In this document: piece after piece, positions 53,231 to 64,000 of the stretch
Numbering within the stretch: the first letter of the stretch is position 1
Layout: every line of letters begins with the position of its first letter
NCBI GenBank assembly: GCA_964016885.1
Contig: OZ024740.1
Span: forward strand, 61,442,001-61,506,000
DNA: 64,000 nt
Reading direction: 5' to 3'
Source of the DNA: Eledone cirrhosa
Taxonomy: Eukaryota
Position numbers and translations under genes: made by a program
The notes under the pieces: model-generated
The model's input: only the letters and a program-made list of their open reading frames with translations
Told to the model about the DNA's origin: nothing
Database searches by the model: none

Positions 53231-54658
53231 TATTCTGGAATATTTAGCCACTTTGTATCCTGATTCAATGAGTAAGTTGAACAGTTGATTGAACAGAAAG
53301 ATGTTCATACAACATTCTTAATGGATGACATCGTGTGCATGTGTATGTGCATGTGTGCATATATGTATACATGTATGTATGTATGTATGTAAGTATGTAT
53401 GTATGTATGTAAGTATGTATAAGGATGCTAACATGGCCAAGTGGTTAAGAACTTTGCTTCACAATCATAATGCTTGGATTGAGTCCCTATAATCATGGAA
53501 AATATTAGATCTTTTTGGAAATTGATCATTTGATTAAAACACCTGACCTCAGTAGGATTTGTTCTTGGAGTAAGAACAGAGATTCAGAATGAATATTGCA
53601 AAGCATTCCATCCAACACTGACAATTCTCTGCTTTACCTCGTAAACTATGTGACTATTCAGCTTGCAAAAATTATTGGAGCAGGTGTTTCATAAATAGAT
53701 TTTCAACTTATAATAATCCTCTCAAACTTTTTTCTTAGGAAAGCAATGCAATGAATACAGCACTATTTTTTATTTGTGGTTTGGTATCAGCAGTCTAATT
53801 ACTTTAACCAAACAATCACTGCCACTTATGTTCAGATAGTAAATAAAAAAAAAATATTGAAGAAGAATCTAAATTGCTTATCTTCCTTTGCTAAATCATG
53901 TATATCCATTATCGTAATAATAATAATCATAATAATAATTTTACATCTTTTTATTCCAGTATGGGTTGGACAGGTTGTTACGGTTCAAGTTAGTTCTTAT
54001 TTGGAATTATTGCACTTCTAGTTGGATCAAGAGGACCACATCATGCTCATACATTCCAATTTTTGGCATCCATCCTAATGGCAAACACAAAGCATATTGG
54101 ATGCATTTTATTATGGCACCAGTACTAGTAAAGTTATATCCTCAACAGAACTAAAGAGCCCTCACTACCCTTGCATAGCCTTCAACTGTCAACTTTACGA
54201 CAAAACATAAGCATTTTAAAAGCATTTTCTTTGCTAAAGTAAGGGTTTAGCTCTGTTGCCTCCATGATCAGCTTCATATTCATCATGGACTCCTTTTTCA
54301 GGAAATGTTTTACGGCTAGATGCCCTTCCTAGTGCAAACCCTTTCAGTTGCCTCTTATGACATACAGGAACATAGTGTACCTATTCGAAAAATTAGGTAC
54401 ACACAGCAATGTCAAGCACATCAATTACTTTGCAATTAACAAACTAACCTAGAAAAATATATAATCTTTTATAAAAAGTAGTGCTGCAACACGATTTATA
54501 AAATTTGATTTTCTGCTGAATTAACCTTTTTGAGTTTAATTTTATCCATATATTTTATAAACCCAAGCTTCTTGATAGTCTTAATAATGTAGTAATAAGT
54601 TTACTGCTTTTTAAACAAAAAAAAAACTGACTGACTGATTCTTATCAGATAGGATTAA

Positions 54659-54848
54659 CCCTTTAGCATTTACATTACTCTATATATACTATTGCATATT
54701 CACTGTAAAGGCTTATCTCACATAATATTGAATCTATGAGATTTTAATATTTATTTTGAGAACAATATCTTAACACAAATATGAGCAGCCGGTTACGGTT
54801 GTGTTGAGAGAATTCTGGCTGGATACAGCCAGTTTAAATGCTAAAGGG
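54659..54848. mobile_element. piggyBac-type MITE copy
   Basis: TTAA|CCCTTTAGCATTT...AAATGCTAAAGGG|TTTA. Confidence 0.8.
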
Positions 54849-55210
54849 TTTACTTGCTGCACATGATAGATGTATATTTAGCACGACTGTCAGGTAAATA
54901 AACTTAGTGTGAATATATATAGTTTCAGAAAGACCTGCATTCTGAAATGGTCTTAACAAGTAGCAGTTCTATTTGCTTGATTATTTGTTAATTACTAGTA
55001 ACAGCAATAAAGAGCATATATAATTAAAACACAGTTTAAGCAGACTCAACTTATACATAACATTCATATTATAGCGTTTGTGGTTAAGAAGTCTGCTTTG
55101 CAACCATCTGGTTCCAGATACTAACCCACGATCAAGGCCTTGGGTTGACAAATGCCTTGTGAGTGTATTTGGTAGACAGAAACTGTAAGTCTGTTATATA
55201 TGAATGTGTG

Positions 55211-55254
<44 letters not shown>

Positions 55255-55913
55255 ATATGAATCAGTCTGGTTGTGAAACTTCTTAGCCACACTGCCAAAG
55301 AAGTTTCACAATCAGACCGTTTCAGGTTCAATTCCACTGTAGAACCTTGGGCAATGTATCATTTACTGTGATGATTAGGATGGATCATCTGTTAGTTTCA
55401 ATGATGAGTATTCAGTTCTTCAATCAACTTGGACAATCAAGTTAATTAACATGTAACCATTACATAATTTCTAAGCCAAATCAATGTGACAATGTGACAA
55501 GCTGGACATTTGAATTACAGGTACAATCCATCCAATGAACTTCTATACAGTTTCTATCTACCCAATTTCAATCACAAAGCTTGGGTCAGCCTAAAGCCAT
55601 GGTAAAGATACTTGCTCAAGATTCCACACATTGGATGGAGATAAATCCCAGGTCTTCATGATTGCAAAGCAGATTTTTTAACGATTTTACCATATCTTAG
55701 TCTTGGTCCAACCAATGCCTTGTGAGTAATTTGGGGAATCAAAAAAGATTTGTGGTAAAGAAAAAACTGTGTCATGTGTTTTCTAAAGCTGCATTAATTC
55801 TAATTCACACTTTTCTCAGTATTCAAATTAAATTCAACTGAAAGATCTTATTTTAATTCACACAACTACTATTACTATTTCTCATGATATACGTTTTAGT
55901 TGCTCAGATGAAC

Positions 55914-56102
<189 letters not shown>

Positions 56103-56659
56103 GTTCATGTGTGTGTGTGTTTATATACATACATGTGTACATGTGTAAATGTGTGTTTACAGAAACAGATTGAGAAAAAAACAAAAATGCAGGCTTAGAC
56201 AAACATAACAGTATGCAATGATACGATGAGAAACTCTAGAAGGGCATAACTTAGCTGAATTGCAAATATAATTTTTTTGAAAAAAAGATAAAAGCAAGAA
56301 GACAACAACAGTACTGTTTCTGATTGATTGTGAATGAGATTAATTTGATAGTTGAGAAATAGGTTTCAGCGGTGATGAACGAGGGTTAAATAGCATAAAA
56401 TAAAATGAGCTAAGCAAAATAACTCAAATTAGCCAGTGGCGTGAATTCAGATAATCAAGTTAAGGGGAGGAGGGATACTGAATACTGTACACAAAAAATT
56501 CCTTTCTTAGTTGGAGAAAGAAAATTAAACCTAGCAACAATTGTTAGTGTCTCTCAATGAAAAGAAGATAATTAAAAAAAATATTAGCAATTAAACTCTA
56601 AGTTAATTAACATGCTTAGGGAAGTGAAAGTTTGATCTGATCTTTGTTTACAAGTAGGG

Positions 56660-56710
56660 TGCTATTATAGACACATTTCAGTCTATTAGATCTCATCAGC
56701 TTAGTGTTGT
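56660..56710 (-). ncRNA. Decayed minimal hammerhead motif
   Basis: CTGATGA GATCT aat AGACT GAAATGTGTC, resembling CpG-decayed GAAACGCGTC. Stem I is weak. Confidence 0.4.
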
Positions 56711-56866
56711 CTAACTAAACTAGCTAATACAGACTTTTGCATTTAGAAAAAGTGTTATGAATTATTTTGAGCAATATATATTAACTAAAAAGTAAAATGG
56801 CAACTCTCAAAGAAAAACAGAAATCATTTCAAGAAATTAACAATTAAAATGTCAAAGTATAACTAT

Positions 56867-56901
<35 letters not shown>

Positions 56902-56977
56902 CATATATATATATCAGAGAAAACTGAAGTTATATAATGATATATTAAAACATGTAATAAATTATTCGTATTTAACC

Positions 56978-57046
56978 AACTTTGATGAGCTATTCTGACT
57001 GAAATGAACTCTGTTCATGTTAGTCTAGCAAAACATTCATAAGTCC
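56978..57046 (+). ncRNA. Decayed hammerhead motif with long stem II
   Basis: ACT TTGATGA GCTA...ATGAAC tct GTTCAT...TAGC AAAAC attc ATA AGT. The core deviations are C>T and G>A transitions. Confidence 0.5.
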
Positions 57047-57545
57047 TTTAAATGTTTTAATAATAATCCTCGTCTAAACATTCGTTTTTATTTGAAAATA
57101 AAATCAACAAAGGGTGGCATAGTTAAACGAATATGAATTAGGAATATTTTTATTAAAGAGAAATATTTTGAAGAAGATTGTGACAGATTTCCAGATCATT
57201 TATTAACTTGATTCTGCAAATTTCCATCCATACTTCAACAATGATTAAGACAGCAACATGGAAATTGTCAGAGTTCCACATATCCTAGTATAGTAAAGGA
57301 AACTAGAAAGCAAATGAACAGTCTTCTTATATTCCTAACGAAATACACTACTGAGATGTTTGAATTAATCTTGAAAGATAATCCAAAATTTAGAGGAATT
57401 TAATAACAACCTTTTTATTGGTAAAGTAATGTTTGAAACATAAACAAGATTCTTGAAATTATGTTAGGCAGCTATGTCCCAATCAGGGACAGTTCACATT
57501 GGGTTGGTATCACAATGGTAAAGGTAGCAAATTGGCAGTCATTAA

Positions 57546-57720
57546 CCCTTTAGCATTTAAACCAGTCGCATCCGGCCAAAATTCACTCACCTCTTTCTGT
57601 TCAAATCGGCTGTAACTGGCTGCTCATACTGATGTTAAGGCATTGTTCTCAAAATAAATAATATCAAAATTGTGTAGATTCAATATTATATGAGATAAAG
57701 TGTTTACTGTGAAAATGCAA

Positions 57721-57756
<36 letters not shown>

Positions 57757-58331
57757 CATCATCATTTTACGTCCACTTTTCCCTGCTTGCAAGGGTGGGA
57801 CGGGATCCGATTCTAGCTTGATTTCTACAGCTGGATGCCCTTCCTAACACCAGCCTCATTTACAGTGAGTGCTGGGTGCTTTTTTGCCGTGGCACCTCCA
57901 CGACCACTTTGCAGTGGAATGATAGGGACCCCAGTCCCTATCATCTCATTTCGACAGCTGAGTAAACTGGAGCAATGTGAAATAAAGTGTCTTGCTCAAG
58001 GAAACAACACATCACCCGGTCTGAGAATTGAACTCACAACCTTTCGATTGCAAGGCCAATGCTCTAACCACTAAGCCATGTGCCATCCATATATATATAT
58101 ATGGATGTATAGGAGACACGGTGAAAAGGCTCCAAGTCCACACTGTAAATATGGTTGGTGTTAGAAAGGGTATCCAGCTGTAAAAAAAACCTGTCAGACT
58201 CTTCTGTGCGAGCGAGACATGGTCTCCCGACCTTTGCCGCATCAAATGGAACAAAACCGTCTAACCCATGCTAGCGTGGAAGATGGATGTTAAACGATGA
58301 GGATATATATAGTAATGTAAATGCTAAAGAG
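57546..58331. mobile_element. piggyBac-type MITE carrying a nested SINE (57757-58086, minus) and an RTE 3' UTR fragment (about 58100-58300, plus)
   Basis: TTAA-flanked termini. The MITE body resumes (AGTAATGTAAATGCTAAAGAG) after the inserts. Confidence 0.8.
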
Positions 58332-58774
58332 TTAAAGCCTAGGACAAAAATGCCTTGTGGCATTTATTCAAAATCTCTGTGCACCGAGTTCAAATTCTGC
58401 TATGGTTAACTTTACCTTTCATCCTTTGGGAGTTGATAAAATAAAGTATTAGTTCAAGGCAGTGGATTGGTGGAATTGTTAGTGTTGGACGAGTTGTCTT
58501 GTGATATTTGTTTCAACATCTTGCATTTTGAGTTCAAATTTTGCTGTGGCCTACTGGGGTGGTCGACTTAACCCACTGCAAGGTTTAATAACACCACCAC
58601 CTGGACCGTGTGTGCCTTCAGTATTTTGTTGCAAGCATTTAGATCAGAGGTTTTTAAACTTTTTAGGCTACCGCTCCTCTGACGGCCACATAATACCCTC
58701 AGTGCCCCCCACCTCATTTCCAAAGAGACTTGCCTATACGCAAATTGTAAATAATATACAATAAGTAAAATCAT

Positions 58775-59215
58775 TATCATCATCATCATCATCATTTTAC
58801 GTCCGCTTTTCCCTGCTTGCAAGGGTGGGATGGGTCCTATTCAGCACAGCATCTCTTCACTTGTCACGGTTCATCATCATCAAGGTGAGCTTCAGCAATC
58901 TGAGGTCTGCTCTCACCACCTCCGCCCATGTTTTTCGTGGTCTTCCTCTATTGTGTCTTCCTTCAACTGGCATTTCTTGGCACTTCTTTACCCAGTGGTC
59001 ATCCTCCATGCGCATCACATGTCCATACCATCACAGGCTTCTCTCCCGCACACTACAACTTATCCCTCTTAAACACAGTTTCTCTCTCAACATATCCATG
59101 CTCGGTCGTTCATGTACATTGACATTGTACATTCAACGGAGCATGCTTGCTTCATTTCTCTCCAGCCGTCGCATATCCTCTGCAGTTGCTGCCCATGCAG
59201 CATCGCGCACCTCAC
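58775..59215 (-). mobile_element. RTE 3' fragment (short-tail subfamily)
   Basis: Highly similar to 22878-23330. Confidence 0.9.
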
Positions 59216-59219
59216 ACAT

Positions 59220-59398
59220 ATATAATATATACTATGTATAAATAAATATTATATATTAATTTATATATACTAAATAATATAATATATACTATGTATAAAT
59301 AAATATTATATATTAATTTATATAAACTAAATAATATAATATATACTATGTATAAATAAATATTATATATTTTTTATTTTACTGTATTTATATATAAT
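59220..59398. repeat. ~59-bp AT-rich tandem repeat, about 3 copies
   Basis: TATAATATATACTATGTATAAATAAATATTATATATT is repeated. Confidence 0.8.
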
Positions 59399-59399
59399 A

Positions 59400-59547
59400 C
59401 TAGCAGAGGAATTTTGACCGATGTCTCCGCCGGACCTTCATCATTAAGTGTAGCAATTTCACTGAAATTTGAACGTACGGTTTAAGAGGAGATGTGTGCC
59501 GACCGTTTTAGTAGACAGACAGACAACCTCAGTTTTATATATATAGA
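59400..59547 (-). mobile_element. Non-autonomous mini-Helitron
   Basis: Minus strand A|TCTATATATATAAAACTGAGGTTGTCTGTCTGTC...CTAG|T: TC/CTAG ends, AT target and a short (GTCT)n. Confidence 0.7.
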
Positions 59548-59614
59548 TGTATCATTTGATATTCAATATACAATCATATCATCTCTACCAACCTCAGCAG
59601 CCCCTGGACCTTCT

Positions 59615-59935
59615 TAATTTTCATTTTTCTAGAGTAAATATATACTTTACTTTTAAAAATGATTTGTGAAATGAGATCAAGTATTAGATTTATTTTCATG
59701 TGTAGTGAGGGAGGAGATAGTGGTGCCCATGACTTTTTTCAGGGTCTTTGAGACTGGTGAGAAAATGAGTGCAAGCTACCCTCATCAGGCAGAATAGTTT
59801 AAATCAAAGGTTCTCAAAGTGGGTAGCACCCATCTCCTCCCTCACTACACATGAAAATAAATCTAATACATGATCTCATTTCACAGATCATTTTTAAAAG
59901 TTAACATATTTACTCTATAAAAATTAAAATTAAAA
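59615..59935. repeat. Inverted repeat with ~120-bp arms
   Basis: GTGAAATGAGATCA.GTATTAGATTTATTTTCATGTGTAGTGAGGGAGGAGAT and its reverse complement. Confidence 0.85.
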
Positions 59936-60190
59936 TAAATCTAATAATAAATTACTGTAATAATTAGAGAAATGAGCTGTTTAATATAATGAACAACGAA
60001 TCTCTAATTAAAAAAATATTCTTTTTTTAACATAATGACTTTTCTTTTTCAAGCATTTCATATTTTTTTTATTTTCATTAATCTTTTTATTTTATTTTAT
60101 TTTTATTTTTATTTGTTTAGTTACCCCAATGAACAATCAAGCAGTGAAAGTCAATATTCTAAAAATATGTGTAAAATAAATTTTACTCAC

Positions 60191-60224
60191 TGGCTTTAAA
60201 GCTGATGGGCGCTGAGATTCAACA
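60191..60224 (-). CDS. PLEKHA7: PLEKHA5/6/7-like gene, 34-nt microexon (xVESQRPSALKP)
   Basis: tctattttcag acceptor and gtgagt donor. The phase-0 end matches the next exon. The peptide is not conserved enough to confirm alone. Confidence 0.6.
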
Positions 60225-60596
60225 CTGAAAATAGAATTAAATATATGATGCTAACTCAAAAATATCTGCAAATATCAAATTTCAATTAGCAGGAGAAATC
60301 ATACAACATTGATTAACAAAATAAATAAATAGTAAAAATAAATAAACAAACAAAAAATAAAATTTATACAAGAGACATATCTGTAGCTCCATTATCATGG
60401 TTTTTATTTAATATTTAGAGTGTCTAAAATTTAAAACATTGTATCTATCTGAAAACAATAAATATGGCACACTGTGTTTGGCTGGCCCCATGTATCAAGA
60501 AATGAAAATCTTTTTCAAGGAAGTTATTGGATATTTTTTCAAATTTAAAGGGTTTTTTTTAAAAAGAAATTTTCAATGTTTTCAAGTTTTTATAGG

Positions 60597-60660
60597 TTTT
60601 GCCATCTGAAGAGCTCAGGCTATCATAACTGATAGTCCTCAGTGAAATATGTATAACAGA
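60597..60660 (+). ncRNA. Hammerhead-like motif, decayed
   Basis: CTGAAGA GCT.AGG CTATCA taac TGATAG.CCT.AGT GAAAT AT GTA. Stem II is good and stem I is imperfect. Confidence 0.5.
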
Positions 60661-60917
60661 GTTTTAAATAAACCTGAATCAACTGATTATGGCCTCCAAT
60701 CAAATATACATATAAATATATGTATGTATTTATATATACATATGTATACATATACATACATATATACATATGCATACATATATACACATATCTATACATA
60801 AATACGTATGGATACATAAATACATATAACTCATCTTAGTGTGGAAAATAGACGTTAAACAATGATGGTGATATGTATGTATATGTGTATACATATATAC
60901 AAATGTATACATTTCCC

Positions 60918-61610
60918 TCAAAATGAAAGGCAGACTGTATGATGCGTGTATACAATGTTACATGGTAGTGAGACCTGGGCGCTATCTGTAGAAGACTTGT
61001 GTAGTTTAGAAAGAAATGAAGCCTGCATGCTCCGATGGATATGTAATAGTAATATACGTGAACAGCAAAGCATAAATGAATTGAGAGAGAGACTGAGCAT
61101 AAGAGCAATCAAATGCTGTGTGCATGAGAGGAGGTTGTGTTGGTATGGACATGTGATGCGTATGATGGATGACAGCTGCATAAAAAGGTGCAGAGCACTA
61201 GAAGTCGATGGAAACCGTGGAGTGGGGAGACCCAATAAGACCTGGGATGAGGTGATAAAAGCCGCCCTTACCCAATTACACCTCACAAAGGCAATGACAC
61301 ACAACCGTGACCTCTGGCATCATGCAGTAATACAGAAGACCCGACCCCCCACGGGTACAAGCCGAAGCTGAAGCATATAGACAATATGCCCCCACACCCT
61401 CCCACTGCAAAGTGGACGTGTAGGCGCCACGGCAAAAAAGCACTCAGCACTCACTGTAAATGAGGTTGGTGTTAGGAAGAGCATCCAGCTGTAGAAATCA
61501 AGCCAAAATCAGTTCCTGTATGAGCAAGGCATGGGCAGCCAACCGGCTAGTGCCCACAACAGAACAACCCGTCTATCTAGCATAGAAGATCGGACGAGTG
61601 ATGATGATTA
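60918..61610 (+). mobile_element. RTE 3' fragment, same subfamily as 4416-6840
   Basis: ORF 60946..61371 ends KTRPPTGTS and the 3' UTR matches. Confidence 0.92.
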
Positions 61611-61999
61611 TACATATGTATATATGTATATATATATACATATGCACACATATATATATACACACATACATACATATCATTGTTTAACGTCTATTTTCCA
61701 CACTAAGATGGGTTATATACATAGTTGTTAATACCGAGTTGTTTATCAGTAAGAGTTGTGTTGCAATATCTCAATAAATCGATACCAATACTACACAAAA
61801 CAAAAATAAAAACCAATTGGAGTGTCATATGGTCACTGGACTTTTGCAAACATGGAAGTGTTTGTCTGTGGCATATCAACTCCATCAAATGTCATACTGG
61901 TTACGGTTGTAATGATTGCATAACAGCTCCACACTGGTGTCACTGAAATATGTATTATGCGATAAATATGATTATGTAACATATATTATAACGTTAATT

Positions 62000-62212
62000 T
62001 ATACATACACACACATATATATATACATACACACACACATATATATATATACATACACACACACATATATATATATACATACACACACATATATATATAT
62101 ACACATATATATATACATTGACACACACACACATATATATATACATACACATATATATATACATTGACACACACACACATATATATATACATACACATAT
62201 ATATATACATTG

Positions 62213-62255
<43 letters not shown>

Positions 62256-62997
62256 TACATATATACATACATACACACATATATACATACACACATACAT
62301 ATATATATATATACATACACATATATACATACACACATATATATACATACACATATATATATACACATATATACATACACATATATATATACATACACAC
62401 ATATATATACATACACACATATATATACATACACAAATATATATACATACACACATATATATATACATACACACATATATATATACATACACACATATAT
62501 ATATACATACACACATATATATATACATACACACATATATATACATACACACATATATATACATACACACACATATACATACACACATATATACATACAC
62601 ACATATATACATACACACACATATATATATACACACACATATATATATATATAAATACACCCCCGTCCCACCATCCCCACCCCATCCACACCGCCCCTTT
62701 CAATGTAAAGTTATGTTGGTGCCACAACATCCAGGCCGAAACAAATGAGATCGTGTAGGTGTCACGTCAAAAAAACACACAGTTCACGCTGTAATGTGGC
62801 CGTGTAGGCAACACAGTAAAAACCTCCCAGCCCCACACTGTAAATGTGGTTGGTGTTAGGAAGGGCATCCAGCTGTAGAAAACCCGCCAGATAGTCCTAT
62901 GCGAGCAAGATAACCACTCTTGCCTCAAGTGGGAAAACCCCCGTCCAAACCCATGCAAGCGTGGAACACGGACGTTAAACGATGTAGATGATGATGA

Positions 62998-63034
<37 letters not shown>

Positions 63035-63200
63035 TATATACACACATATATATATATATACATACATATATATATACATACATATATATATACATACACA
63101 TATATATATATATATATATATACACATACACACATATATATATACATACACATATATATATATATATATATATACACATACACACATATATATATACATA

Positions 63201-63231
<31 letters not shown>

Positions 63232-63395
63232 ACACACATATATATATATACATACACACATATATATATACATACACACATATATATATACATACACACA
63301 TATATATATACATACACACATACATATATATATATATACATACACATGGTGTATGTATATATATATATACACATATACATATATACATACACATA
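62000..63395. repeat. Compound (TA)n/(CA)n microsatellite field containing an RTE 3' UTR insert (62660-63000, plus)
   Basis: Read directly. The insert is near-identical to the reverse complement of 669-1110 without the duplication. Confidence 0.92.
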
Positions 63396-63396
63396 T

Positions 63397-64000
63397 GAGA
63401 GAAGCTAGACGTCAGGTATACTTAGCATGCAGGGAGGCAGAGAGTAGGAGGTTTGCCAATGTTCTGCGATGGGAAGATCAGAGGCGTGCGGTGTTCCACA
63501 TTGCAAGGCAGTGTGTCAATGCAAATCAGGATGTTGTTGGAGATAAATGTGTCCGGGATGATGCCGGTGTACTTAGTGTCACGAATGATCAGAAAAAGGA
63601 GGCCTGGAAATGTCATTATGAAAGACTGATGAATGTGGAGAACAAATGGGAGAGAGAGAAATTACCCTTGGTAGATCCGACAGAGGGACCAGCTATTGAG
63701 ATTGACGAATATAGGGTCCAAGAGGCGATTAGGGAAATGAAAAATGGTAAGGCTGCCGGACCATCGGGAATAGTTGCTGAGATGCTGAAGGCATCAGGGG
63801 ACGTAGGCACTAAACTGGTTGCACGCATCATCAATCAGGCTATATATGGTGGTGTCATACCGAAAGACTGGTGCAGCAGTATTCTCATAAATTGCTACAA
63901 AGGTAAAGGGGATGCTCTGGAGAGGAGCAATTATAGGGGTATAAAACTGATAGATCAGGGTATGAAAGTGGCAGAAAGGATTTTAGCACAACTAATTAGA
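63397..64000 (+). mobile_element. 5'-truncated RTE LINE running off the window
   Basis: [20 protein letters not shown] and [28 protein letters not shown]. Confidence 0.92.

Noticed and set aside
59770-59795. Minus-strand CTGATGA with a short stem in the loop of the inverted repeat
   Set aside because: No downstream GAAA core.
61986-63398. Many long [11 protein letters not shown] ORFs (also at 21775, 24095-24548, 39814-40135 and 55882-56202)
   Set aside because: These are translations of stop-free TA/CA microsatellites, not genes.

Overview
AT-rich, microsatellite-dense metazoan genomic DNA. The repeat complement (RTE and CR1 LINEs, tRNA/CORE-type and OK-like SINEs) looks like octopod cephalopod DNA; this is an inference. 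A single minus-strand gene spans the whole window with 13 phase-consistent GT-AG exons (60224 to 3215). It encodes a PH domain, a 557-codon low-complexity exon and a coiled-coil region, matching a PLEKHA5/6/7 (kramer-like) protein, and both gene ends lie outside the window. The introns hold many RTE LINE copies whose ORF carries a PHD-type zinc finger after the RT core, a near-complete CR1 ORF2, piggyBac/mariner/foldback MITEs, a mini-Helitron, and hATm-like and mariner remnants. The main unexpected signal is a set of at least 7 type-I hammerhead ribozyme motifs (CUGANGA...GAAA...NUH). Several have very long stem II helices, they sit in non-coding units next to (TA)n tracts (Penelope pLTR/retrozyme-like), and three only become complete once an inserted RTE or SINE is removed. 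All structures were folded by eye, and no searches or folding programs were run.
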